IMG/VR virus record: IMGVR_UViG_3300037067_003400
Span: 96,001-160,000 of that record
DNA: 64,000 nucleotides
Reading direction: 5' to 3' (one strand)
From: a virus
Lineage: Duplodnaviria > Caudoviricetes
The notes under the pieces were generated by a model that saw only the letters and a program-made list of their open reading frames with translations, had not been told where the DNA came from and made no database searches. Position numbers and translations under genes: made by a program. Position 1 is the stretch's first letter. Every line of letters begins with the position of its first letter. Shown piece by piece: positions 9,405 through 18,950 of the stretch.

Positions 9405-9668
9405 ATGATTAACAATAAGTTTAATGTTAATGATATGGTATGGTATGTAAGACTGGAAGAGTGCAGAGTTGTTTGTATAAATCTTTGCAAGGTAAATATA
9501 GTAAAACAAAAAGCTTCTGGCATATACTATGAACTTGGTTTGTTTTGCTGGAAGAGCCAGCTAATAAAACCATCTGATGAAGGTGTTATATCTGCTCCTG
9601 AAGACCATATATTTTATGATCTTAGTGATGCTGCAGATTTTGTAAACTCTCTGAAGTTTAGTAAATAG
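9405..9668 (+). CDS. hypothetical protein, paralog family A
   Basis: KFNVNDMVWY; strong SD. Confidence 0.65.
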   Translation: MINNKFNVNDMVWYVRLEECRVVCINLCKVNIVKQKASGIYYELGLFCWKSQLIKPSDEGVISAPEDHIFYDLSDAADFVNSLKFSK

Positions 9669-10578
9669 GAAAAAGAAATGATTAATGAAGATATTAATGG
9701 GTATTGGAGATGTCTTACTTGTAGAGAGTTTAAAGATGTGTCAGACCCTCGATGGAGGTGGAATGGTAGTAGTTGGGAGCATCATCATGGGTATCCTATT
9801 GGTTATGTAGAAGCGAAGCTGATAGACCCAGTGAAAACTATACTTGAGTTGGAAGCCAAAGTAAGTAAGCTTGAGGTAGAGTTTTTAGCTGTAGTAAAAA
9901 ACTTTCTTAGAGATGAGTGTGTGTATGAGTGCACACATGAAGACCATAATAGTGATTTGTTATACTATTGTGATATGGGTGACTATAATATTCAGTGCCA
10001 GAATAGTGAACACTTTGAATTAAATGTTATTGACTTAGAAAAACATAAGTATTGTTCCATGTGTGGTAAACCTATTAGAATAGTTAAGAAGGTGACATAA
10101 TGACTAATGTAATTGTTTTAATAATAGTTGTAGTACTTGGTTTATGTTTTGCTTACTTTGCTATAGCAGGACTCTACTATCTATTGAGTTGGTTGTTTAT
10201 TAAATGTGGGTGGAGGAAATAAGATGCTTAAATTTGATAGAACTTTTATTAGTGATGAGCGTTATGAGTTTCCTGTGTCTATATCTATTGGGAAAGAAAA
10301 GAAGTTTGAGCAATTAGTAAACAATTTTGCTGAGTCTTTTCGTGCCTTTAAGGATATGGAGCCAGACCTTCACCAGATTTCTAAGCATATTTATGCTGAT
10401 GACTATAAACTAAAGTGTTATGTTTTTGGTAACAAGAGAGACCATATGGTTTTTTACAAAGACTTGGTAAGTATTGTTTGTTACAGTTGTACCCTTATCT
10501 ACATTGTTATATCTGATGATGACCATACTAATTTTGCTGAGTATGATGTAAGTGATTTGTTAGAGGAAGGAATTTGTT

Positions 10579-11751
10579 ATGAATGATGAAGAGCTAATTG
10601 TAGAAGCAGTAGAACCTATTGAAGATAAGGTAGTAGATAAATTAGCAGCAGCTAAGAAGATAATGGCTTCATTAAATGCTGCTAAGAAGAAAGCTAAGCC
10701 GTTAGATACAAGGCCAGCTGTTTATATAGCTGGTGAGCATCCTGAGTTGTTAGACCATGGTATTGTTAGAAGCAGTAATACTGCTTTTAATGTAGGTGTA
10801 CATGGTGGATTAAGAAGAGGTATACTTACTATCTTCTGGGGTAAAGAAAACACTGGGAAGTCCTCTGCCGCCTATGAGTTTATAGCACAAGTTCAAAAGG
10901 AAGGTGGAGTAGCTGCAGTGGTTCATTCGGAATCATTGTTCCCAGCTGAGTCTGCCAAAGAGTTAGGTGTTAATCTTGATGAACTAATTATGATTCAGGA
11001 TTTTACTTCTGGAGAGGACGCTGTTAACTCTCTCTTTAAGTTGATGTATGATGTAAAGACAGGCGTGCCATTAAACATATTAGATATAGTAGTTATTGAT
11101 TCATTAGCTTCTTTGGTTCCCAAGTATGTTGTGGACAAGATGGATGATGAGGGCTTTGAAGCTCAGAGTATGGGTGCTCATCCTAAGATGATAACTGGTA
11201 TGGTTAATAGAATCTTTGGCACTGGAGCTTCGGCTAAGACTGCTATCATAGGTATCAATCAGTTAAGAGAAAAGATTGGTGGCTATGGTAACCCAGAAAC
11301 TCAGGGCGGTGGTCATGCCTTAGCTCATATGGGTAAGCTTGTATGTAAGTTTGCTACATATTCAGCCGATAGAATCTTCGAAGGCAAAGGTGATGATAAG
11401 AAGCGTGTGGGGCATACTGTCCATGTTATAATAGAGAAGAACCAGTCTGGACTTGGTGGGCATCCAGGGGAAGAGTTCTCTTATGATGTGTACTACCATA
11501 AAGGTAGTGATAGTATACAACCTATTATAGATGCTGCTTTAGTGGATGGTTATATAGAAGAACCATCTAAAGCCTGGTTCCAAGTACTTCCTAAAGAAAT
11601 TGATTTCATTAAAGAGATGGGACTTTGGGATGAGAAGAAGAATGCTCCCCTTAAGATTCAGGGTAAGCCAAAGCTTAGAGAGATTGTAGCTTCTAATGAA
11701 AAACTACTTAATAGGTTAAGAGATTTAGTAGAAAAAACAGAAGGAATATAA
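10579..11751 (+). CDS. recA: RecA/UvsX-family recombinase
   Basis: Walker A GKENTGKS, VVIDSLASLVPK, INQLREKIGGYGNPETQGGGHAL. Confidence 0.95.
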   Translation: MNDEELIVEAVEPIEDKVVDKLAAAKKIMASLNAAKKKAKPLDTRPAVYIAGEHPELLDHGIVRSSNTAFNVGVHGGLRRGILTIFWGKENTGKSSAAYEFIAQVQKEGGVAAVVHSESLFPAESAKELGVNLDELIMIQDFTSGEDAVNSLFKLMYDVKTGVPLNILDIVVIDSLASLVPKYVVDKMDDEGFEAQSMGAHPKMITGMVNRIFGTGASAKTAIIGINQLREKIGGYGNPETQGGGHALAHMGKLVCKFATYSADRIFEGKGDDKKRVGHTVHVIIEKNQSGLGGHPGEEFSYDVYYHKGSDSIQPIIDAALVDGYIEEPSKAWFQVLPKEIDFIKEMGLWDEKKNAPLKIQGKPKLREIVASNEKLLNRLRDLVEKTEGI

Positions 11752-12065
11752 TGAATGCTTCCCAGAAATTAAAACTTAGATATGTTATCAATAAGTTGTA
11801 TCCTCTGGGTACTATGTTTTTTGATGGTAGTAATATATTAGGGTATCACTATGAATTTAGTGGTACCAATGAATTTCTTCATATGGATTATGGAAGAGAA
11901 TATCTATTTAAGGTAAACTTAGATACTGCTAATATCATATTTACCAAAGAAAAGATAATATTCCAGATACCCTATCATACTGGTGGATATCATGACCATT
12001 ATCTTAAGTTTGTTAAGACACTAGATGTTTTAGAAATGTCCGAGCGTGTCGTGGAGTATGAGTAA
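11751..12065 (+). CDS. hypothetical protein, paralog family B
   Basis: C-terminal IIF...LKFV pattern shared with neighbours. Confidence 0.6.
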   Translation: MNASQKLKLRYVINKLYPLGTMFFDGSNILGYHYEFSGTNEFLHMDYGREYLFKVNLDTANIIFTKEKIIFQIPYHTGGYHDHYLKFVKTLDVLEMSERVVEYE

Positions 12066-12361
12066 TGAGTTTTACAGATACTGGCGTTATGAATAGATTC
12101 ATTGATGTGTTTACTGCACAGAGAGAACTTGATAATAGTATACGTGTAAGTGGTGTGGACTATACGGACTGGGCAGTTAATATATCTAAGTTAGATGGCA
12201 CTATATGGTTGTGTTGTGCAGATACACCTCGAATTTATTTTAATATAAGTGACATTATATTCTATGAGCATTCTATTTATATAGAAAGTATTAACCTATA
12301 TTTACAGTTTGTTAGTAGAGAGGGAGAACTTTTATTTTGTAGAGGAGTAGTATATGAGTAG
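12065..12361 (+). CDS. hypothetical protein, paralog family B
   Basis: DIIF...LQFV pattern. Confidence 0.6.
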   Translation: MSFTDTGVMNRFIDVFTAQRELDNSIRVSGVDYTDWAVNISKLDGTIWLCCADTPRIYFNISDIIFYEHSIYIESINLYLQFVSREGELLFCRGVVYE

Positions 12362-12752
12362 TACTTTTGTTCCTGATCTCTCAATGTTAACTGATAACTT
12401 TATATATGATATAGGATTAACCAGAATATATTCCAGGGTATGGAAAGAAACACCATTAAAGTTTAGAATGTTGTATAATTATTTAAAATATGTTGGAAGA
12501 AATAAGTTTGAGTTGACGTACAATGCATTACCTATAAAGTATATTGAGTTTAAAGGTACTGGTGATCCCAAAGTTTATAGCTTAGCGATTAGAGCTGAAG
12601 ATAAGTTTGTAGATCTTTTTATATTTAAGAATGATATTATTTTTAGGGGTGATCTTGTTTTGTTATTTTGTGAGAGTGTGCAACTTAAAGCTGTTGATCA
12701 CAAAGGTAATCCTATAAAAGCATGTATGTATGAAAGCTATGATTACGAATAG
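12354..12752 (+). CDS. hypothetical protein, paralog family B
   Basis: DIIF...LKAV pattern. Confidence 0.6.
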   Translation: MSSTFVPDLSMLTDNFIYDIGLTRIYSRVWKETPLKFRMLYNYLKYVGRNKFELTYNALPIKYIEFKGTGDPKVYSLAIRAEDKFVDLFIFKNDIIFRGDLVLLFCESVQLKAVDHKGNPIKACMYESYDYE

Positions 12753-12757
12753 TATAA

Positions 12758-13729
12758 GTGAGGAATACAATGATTTATGAGAAGGCTATTAACTATTGTG
12801 CAGATAGATGGCCAGAAGTTTTTACTGAGGAAGCTTTAGAAAAGATTAATTACAAGTGTACTCCTAAGGGCATGCTTACTCAGTTACTGTACTTAGCTAA
12901 GGTAGCTTGTGATAAGTGTGATAGATGTGATTCACAGGCTAATAGATATGGTAGTAAATCTGTCTTTGCTGATGGTGATATAGGTGCTAAGATATTCGTA
13001 GTAGGAGAAGGCCCTGGGCAGTTCGAGCAAAGAACTCTTATTCCATTTACTCATTATGTAGAATGGATAAGTAGTAGGTGCGGTTTCTGTAATAAGTTAG
13101 ATGCTTGCTATCCAAGGAAGACTATGCTATCTGGGGAACGTTTGCCGATGACAGAGTGCAAGCAAGCCTACTGTGAGGATAGTGAAGTAATTAAGAGGTC
13201 AGAAGATAGAACTCGTGTACCTGCTACTGTAAGCAATATTCTTAATAAAGCTATCTATCCAGAGTTTACAAGAGATTGCTGGAATAAGGTTAAAGCTATT
13301 AGAGGGAAGGCTCGTGTAGAGTCTGACTTATATATAACTAATGTGGTTAAGTGTAGGTCAGTAGCTTTTGGAAAAGATATCCAGCCACATGTTCCATGTA
13401 GGAATGCTTGTAAAGTGTGGATGGATATACAACTTACTTTAGTTCAGCCTAAGATTCTAATTTTATTGGGTGGAGTAGCTGGTCAATACTTCTTAGGTAA
13501 AGACTTTATGATTAGTAAAAGCAATGGTCTTTTTAATGAGGTGAAAGCTTTATCTATTGCGTACGAAGGACTTCCCAGAAGTGTAGAATATATAGGGTGT
13601 GGCTATCATCCTTCAGCTATAGGTAGAGTAGAAGATGATGTTACTAAGAAAGATATGCTTGCTGGATTAAAGGGTGTCTTTGTGAAAGCAAGAGAACAAC
13701 TTGATAAGAAAGTGGAGGTAACTGTATGA
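12758..13729 (+). CDS. uracil-DNA glycosylase family 4-like protein with Cys-rich insertion
   Basis: CDKC, VGEGPG..E, YITNVVKCR, LLGGVA, YHPSA. Confidence 0.88.
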   Translation: MRNTMIYEKAINYCADRWPEVFTEEALEKINYKCTPKGMLTQLLYLAKVACDKCDRCDSQANRYGSKSVFADGDIGAKIFVVGEGPGQFEQRTLIPFTHYVEWISSRCGFCNKLDACYPRKTMLSGERLPMTECKQAYCEDSEVIKRSEDRTRVPATVSNILNKAIYPEFTRDCWNKVKAIRGKARVESDLYITNVVKCRSVAFGKDIQPHVPCRNACKVWMDIQLTLVQPKILILLGGVAGQYFLGKDFMISKSNGLFNEVKALSIAYEGLPRSVEYIGCGYHPSAIGRVEDDVTKKDMLAGLKGVFVKAREQLDKKVEVTV

Positions 13730-14259
13730 TAGATCAGGTAAAGACTCGTGTTACTGGTATAACAGTAGAGAATCATCAGGATATTGTAAAGTATCTGAAG
13801 AGTAAAGATATTAAAATGCTCTTCCTATATAGAGAACCAAAGAATCAGTATGATCCTTTTGCTATAGCTGTAAAGGCTAAACTGTTTAGTGTTAGTTATG
13901 GCTGGTATACATGTTTAAAGTGTGAACATAAGTGGGAAGAAAAGGCAGATAAGTGTCCTAAGTGTGACAGCCCTGATATATTCCCAGGTAAGTTAGCTCG
14001 TATTGGTTACATACGTAACAGAGGTATACAATGTACTACTTGCGGATGGGAAGATAATGTAAAAGCTGGACAGGAGATACCTACTATATGCTCTGCTTGT
14101 GGTAGTGAAACCATCATGAGAGCTGGATTAGCTACTGAGTTGGCTAAAGCAATGGATAATGGTGTTAATTATGCATGTGAAGTTTTAGAATATACAGGAG
14201 GCGAAACTGACAAGAAGACAGTAGGCGTTAATATAATGATAACTAAGTTAGAACAATAG
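13726..14259 (+). CDS. HIRAN-domain protein with two inserted Zn ribbons
   Basis: TRVTGIT, REPKNQYDPFAIAV, RIGYI; four CxxC pairs. Confidence 0.85.
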   Translation: MIDQVKTRVTGITVENHQDIVKYLKSKDIKMLFLYREPKNQYDPFAIAVKAKLFSVSYGWYTCLKCEHKWEEKADKCPKCDSPDIFPGKLARIGYIRNRGIQCTTCGWEDNVKAGQEIPTICSACGSETIMRAGLATELAKAMDNGVNYACEVLEYTGGETDKKTVGVNIMITKLEQ

Positions 14260-14552
14260 GAGGCATTTGTGATTGTTATAGATATAGTAAAGATAGTAGC
14301 CCAGTCTCCTTCTGCTAAGAAAATTGTTGTATATACCATAAGCGCAGCTCTCGGGGAAATTGCTAAGATAAAGGGTAGACAAATAATGCATGCTCGAGAA
14401 CTAAAGAATAGACAGAACGCAATGGTAGAAAAGAAGCCTGTAGTTTCTAAGCTTGTTGATACTGTTAAAAGATTATCAAAAAGAAAGCCTACAGAAGAAG
14501 TTGTAATTGAGGAGATAACTGTAACAAAGTAGAATAATTTTTACCTTCAGAC

Positions 14553-14568
14553 TATAATATATATGGGG
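14553..14568 (+). promoter_or_regulatory. putative promoter -10 region
   Basis: TATAATATATATGGGG, matching the recurrent motif. Confidence 0.5.
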
Positions 14569-14586
14569 ATAATATGGAGTATATTA

Positions 14587-15393
14587 ATGTCTGAAGAATG
14601 TGAAGAGTTTGAAGTAATTGAGAACAAACCTTATGTAAGTTTTTCTCAGTTGAATATGTGTCAGAGATGTCCTATGCAATGGTTCTATAGATATGTGGAA
14701 GGTATTAAGTCGCCTCCTGGAATTGCGTTAGCAAAAGGAAGTGCATATCATAAAGCATTAGAAACTAATTTCTCTCAGAAGATACAATCTGGGGTGGACT
14801 TGCCGATAGGTGATGTAAAAGATGCCTTTGTTACTGAATACTCAAGGATATTTTCTGAGGAAGAAGTAGTTATTCAGGAAGGTGAGTCATCTCATGAGGC
14901 TAAAGATTCTGGTGTTGCAATGGTTGAGTCATACTTTAGAAGTGGTGTTACTAAAACTATGCAGCCAGTCTCCGTAGAGAATAAGTTGACGGTTCCCATC
15001 CCAGATACTGAATATGATTTAGTTGCTGTTGTTGACTTAGAGTTAACTAATGGTAAAGTTATAGATCATAAGACAGCTTCTAAAAAATGGTTTGGCAACA
15101 AGGCTCTGTTAGATCAGCAATCTACTACGTATGCTATAGCATTGAATAGGGAGCCTCTCAATTTTGAATTTCATGTGATGGTAAATGAAAAGGTGCCTCA
15201 ACTATATATACATCCAGCACATAGAGATTCTGAAGACATAGCCTGGTGGCTAAGTAATGTAAAAGGTCTCATTAAAGAGATGGAATTACTTAGAGAAGGT
15301 GCATTCTTACCACGACCAGATGGCTGGTGGTGTGATAAAAGATGGTGTGGGTACTATGATAAGTGTATGCCACATCGCTTTAGAGGGAGGTGA
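14587..15393 (+). CDS. PD-(D/E)xK exonuclease, Cas4/AddB-like
   Basis: SFSQL..CP, GSAYH, E..VD..IDHKT, Q..TY; one N-terminal plus three C-terminal Cys. Confidence 0.88.
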   Translation: MSEECEEFEVIENKPYVSFSQLNMCQRCPMQWFYRYVEGIKSPPGIALAKGSAYHKALETNFSQKIQSGVDLPIGDVKDAFVTEYSRIFSEEEVVIQEGESSHEAKDSGVAMVESYFRSGVTKTMQPVSVENKLTVPIPDTEYDLVAVVDLELTNGKVIDHKTASKKWFGNKALLDQQSTTYAIALNREPLNFEFHVMVNEKVPQLYIHPAHRDSEDIAWWLSNVKGLIKEMELLREGAFLPRPDGWWCDKRWCGYYDKCMPHRFRGR

Positions 15394-15397
15394 CAAT

Positions 15398-15685
15398 ATG
15401 AGATCTGACATTTTCATGTTGAATGAAATGCTGCAATCTAATGAGTTTTCTGAGATTCTTGTAGATTGTAATAAGGTAAAAGAGATTAAGATAACAGAAG
15501 ACCATCCTGATATGTATAGTCTTAGATATAAGTTTGATGGAGAGCCTAAGAATACTTTATCTAAGTATGGTGGTGCTTTTGATTTATGGACAAGGACTAT
15601 CCATTTCGATGATGATGATATACTGATAACAGTAGAGGGTATGTATACTCATCGCATTACATTTGTAAGAAAGGATAATGAATGA
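15398..15685 (+). CDS. hypothetical protein, paralog family B
   Basis: IHF...ITFV pattern; GGAGGTGA SD before the ATG at 15398. Confidence 0.55.
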   Translation: MRSDIFMLNEMLQSNEFSEILVDCNKVKEIKITEDHPDMYSLRYKFDGEPKNTLSKYGGAFDLWTRTIHFDDDDILITVEGMYTHRITFVRKDNE

Positions 15686-16170
15686 GAAAGGTATTGAAAG
15701 TGTTGCTGGCAACGTGTGTTGCCGGTGTGTTTGCAATCTCTGCATTGTTTGCAGATGATTTTAGTGTAGGAGTGTTTACTCCTAAAGAGCTTGGTACTCA
15801 GAGGTCTGTTATATCAGTTACTGCATCAAGAGTAATTGATACTAATGAATGGGCAACTACTGAGTCAAGGCTTGAAGCTGCTGCTTCTTTCACACAGCTC
15901 AATCAGTTTAATACGTATCAGAAATATGGACTTAGCGTTGGCAAGTTTGTCAACGTAGGAGACCCTGCTGGATTCCTTGGAATCAAGGTAGGGGCTGGTC
16001 CTGGTGTATACTGTACAAATATTGATGAGAATGTGAACGTTGATTTTGGTGGATTCGTAGAAGGTAGACTACGGCTTACTGATAATATGTATTTCCAGGC
16101 TGTATATACTGACATTAGAAATAGCACTAACGGAGACGGTTGGAATTTTGCATTAGCTTATAAATTTTAA
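15682..16170 (+). CDS. small outer-membrane beta-barrel-like protein
   Basis: Signal peptide, alternating amphipathic strands, C-terminal WNFALAYKF resembling a BAM beta-signal. Confidence 0.7.
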   Translation: MRKVLKVLLATCVAGVFAISALFADDFSVGVFTPKELGTQRSVISVTASRVIDTNEWATTESRLEAAASFTQLNQFNTYQKYGLSVGKFVNVGDPAGFLGIKVGAGPGVYCTNIDENVNVDFGGFVEGRLRLTDNMYFQAVYTDIRNSTNGDGWNFALAYKF

Positions 16171-16196
16171 TTTAAATAAACAATAAAATAAAAGTG

Positions 16197-16233
16197 AAGG
16201 GTACTATCTTTATGGTAGTACTCTTAATTTTTT
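16197..16233 (+). terminator. intrinsic terminator
   Basis: AAGGGTACTATC...GGTAGTACTCTT stem plus T-run. Confidence 0.6.
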
Positions 16234-16245
16234 AGGAGGATTATT

Positions 16246-16725
16246 ATGGGATATACAACTGAGTTTGATGGTGAGTTCTTTTTAGATAAGGAGCTAACTG
16301 ATGCTCATTATAATTACCTTGTAGCTTTTGCTAATATACGTCATCTTGAGAGGAGAGCTAATGGTAATGTTCTAAAACCTGACCCTATTAGAGAGACAGC
16401 TGGGTTACCCTACAATCCAGATTATTATGTAGGTGATGATGGTGAGGGTAGGTTTGATGATATAATAGATATAAACAAACCCCCGAAAGATGTTCCTGGT
16501 TTATATTGTCAGTGGGTTCCTACTGAAGATAGACAAGGTATAAGCTGGGATGGTGGAGAAAAGTTCTATGAGTATATAGAATGGTTGGAGTATCTTATTA
16601 AACATTTCCTTTCTCCCTGGGGATATACTGTTTCTGGCGTTGTTAGATTTAGAGGTGAAGATTTTGATGACATGGGAGAACTAACTGTAGAAGATAATAA
16701 AGTAGATATGAGGTATTACAGTTGA
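16246..16725 (+). CDS. conserved phage hypothetical protein
   Basis: MGYTTEF...WDGGEKFY..WL pattern; strong SD. Confidence 0.75.
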   Translation: MGYTTEFDGEFFLDKELTDAHYNYLVAFANIRHLERRANGNVLKPDPIRETAGLPYNPDYYVGDDGEGRFDDIIDINKPPKDVPGLYCQWVPTEDRQGISWDGGEKFYEYIEWLEYLIKHFLSPWGYTVSGVVRFRGEDFDDMGELTVEDNKVDMRYYS

Positions 16726-16948
16726 TTACTTCACTGGGAATAGTAGATGATCATGATGCTGTTACTCTTAGAAAGTTACGCAATAAAGTAAAGCCAGAAA
16801 CTTGTTGTAATAAAAAGGTAAGGTATTTTGATATAGATTCTGCTATATTGGGTATAAGTAGAATAAAGGATAGAAATAAAAGAGCTGGGAAGTTGGACGT
16901 ATACAGATGCCCACTCTGCAATTACTATCATATAGGTCATGGTAAACA

Positions 16949-17917
16949 ATGAAGAAGATTTTTTATGGTTCTAATAAAGAACTTGTTAGGTATATAAGCA
17001 CTAAAGAAATCAATAAAGTAAAAGTTGCCGGGGGTATTTATAGATATATAGATGATGTAGAAGAACTGGAGATGGTTCTTAAGTCTGTTGCTTTATTCTT
17101 TTTTCCATCTTGTCCTACTACTTATATATACACCGGCAAAGATTTTGCTAAGGTAGCTTCTATTGAATGCAATACAGATAATGTCTATGTTGTATTTCCT
17201 GGGAGTTCTGTGCCGCAAGAGTTTGCTAAAAACAAATGGATGCTTGTGTGTTGTGATGTGAGTGACTCTGTACTTGCTGAGTTTATATCTGGAGAATGTG
17301 ATAAGTATATTAAGAAGCTAAAGTTTATTGATGATCCAGTTCCAGTTATAAAAGAACTGCTTGCTACGTACAAAATGGATCCTTGGAAAACAGAAAATGA
17401 ATTCTTTAGATATCTACTTCTTAATACTATAGGAAACGTGGAACAGGAATATAGTTTTGATATTTCTGAGCCTGATAATATAGTTTATATTGTAGTAGAT
17501 GGTATACTTGATAAAGATTTTTCCTGGATAGATTTAACTAAAGATATAACTGTTACAGATGTAATAGGTATTAATAAGTTATTATATATTAAACTTTCTA
17601 TGCTACTACAGATTGAAATGTTAATAGAAACTGGTAAGATAGTAGACTTAGATGCATACTGTTCCATAGGTAAACAAACAAGAACATTTACTATGTTTTC
17701 TAATGATATAAAGGAAACAGTTTTTGGATACATAGGTAGAACTAAATGGTTATATAGTAAGTTCATGCAATACAGTAAGCTGTGGACTATAGATGAGATT
17801 AATGATGTATTGTTAGCTGTTAGTAAGACTAAGATAAACATATTGGAAGAGTACTACTTAAGTTATCCTGCTGGGATTGTATATAATATAATCTTTAGTT
17901 GTTTTGGGAGGTATTAA
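16949..17917 (+). CDS. clamp-loader delta subunit-like protein (HolA-like)
   Basis: Size, position directly before dnaX, weak HolA-like motifs (ENEFFRY, NIVYIVVDGILDKD). Confidence 0.55.
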   Translation: MKKIFYGSNKELVRYISTKEINKVKVAGGIYRYIDDVEELEMVLKSVALFFFPSCPTTYIYTGKDFAKVASIECNTDNVYVVFPGSSVPQEFAKNKWMLVCCDVSDSVLAEFISGECDKYIKKLKFIDDPVPVIKELLATYKMDPWKTENEFFRYLLLNTIGNVEQEYSFDISEPDNIVYIVVDGILDKDFSWIDLTKDITVTDVIGINKLLYIKLSMLLQIEMLIETGKIVDLDAYCSIGKQTRTFTMFSNDIKETVFGYIGRTKWLYSKFMQYSKLWTIDEINDVLLAVSKTKINILEEYYLSYPAGIVYNIIFSCFGRY

Positions 17918-18949
17918 ATGTCTCTTTACAATAAATACAGACCGACTACGTTATCTCAAGTAGTAGGGCAGGAACACATTAAAGCTGTGATAAAAGCTTC
18001 AAGTGTTAATGATGTATTTAATCATGCATATTTATTAATAGGGTCTCGTGGTATAGGTAAGACTTCTATTGCAAGAATAATAGCTAAGCTTGTTAATTGT
18101 TTGTCTCCTAAAGATGGGGAACCTTGTAATAAGTGTGAGAATTGTTTGTTGATTATGTCTGGTAAGACTCCAGATATAATAGAATTTGATGCGGCATCTA
18201 ACAGAGGAGTTAGTGATATAGATGCTATGTTAGATGCTATTAATTATGCACCCGTGTCTTTAAAGAAGACAGTATATATAATAGATGAGATACATCAGTT
18301 ATCTTCTACAGCTAAGGACTCTTTATTAAAGACATTAGAAGAACCTCCTGGTAGTGTTATGTTTATATTAGCTACTACCGAAGGGAAAAGAGTGCCTCCT
18401 ACCATAAGATCAAGGTGTCAATTTCTTGAGTTTCGGAAGGCATCTGTCCCAGAATTAATTAAATTGTTATCAGCTATATGTAAGTTAGAGAAGATAGCTT
18501 GTACAGAAGCAGGGTTATCTACTATTGCTACATATGCTAATGGTTCTTATAGGGATGCGCTTACTATATTAGAAACAGTCTCTGTAGTCGGAGATGTAGA
18601 TGAAGATACTGTATGCAAAGTAACTGGAGTTCCAGAAGAAAGACTCGTTAAGAGTGCTGTGTTAGCTATGTCTAAGAAGGATGTGTCTGATCTTATAAAA
18701 GTAAGTGCTGAAGTTAAGTCTTCTGCTGTAGTAGTAGATAAATTTATAGAAGCATTAGTGCTATATCTATTTGTTATAATAGGTAAGCTAAGTGCTGGGA
18801 ATTCTTCCGACCCGAGATTGGATAAGTTATTGTCTACTGCTTTATATGTAGCAAATGTTAGGAAGGATTTAGATTATAATATAGACTCTCTTGCATTAGA
18901 CATAGTTTTGTTTGGTGCTCATAAGATTATGCAAAGTAGTGGTGAATAG
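17918..18949 (+). CDS. dnaX: clamp-loader ATPase, DNA Pol III gamma-like
   Basis: KYRP..VVGQEH, GSRGIGKTS, PCNKCENC, DEIH, LKTLEEPP, IRSRC. Confidence 0.96.
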   Translation: MSLYNKYRPTTLSQVVGQEHIKAVIKASSVNDVFNHAYLLIGSRGIGKTSIARIIAKLVNCLSPKDGEPCNKCENCLLIMSGKTPDIIEFDAASNRGVSDIDAMLDAINYAPVSLKKTVYIIDEIHQLSSTAKDSLLKTLEEPPGSVMFILATTEGKRVPPTIRSRCQFLEFRKASVPELIKLLSAICKLEKIACTEAGLSTIATYANGSYRDALTILETVSVVGDVDEDTVCKVTGVPEERLVKSAVLAMSKKDVSDLIKVSAEVKSSAVVVDKFIEALVLYLFVIIGKLSAGNSSDPRLDKLLSTALYVANVRKDLDYNIDSLALDIVLFGAHKIMQSSGE

Positions 18950-18950
18950 T

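Noticed and set aside
14587-15393. Cas4 as part of a CRISPR adaptation module
   Set aside because: No cas1, cas2 or array; the context is recombination, so a solo Cas4/AddB-like exonuclease
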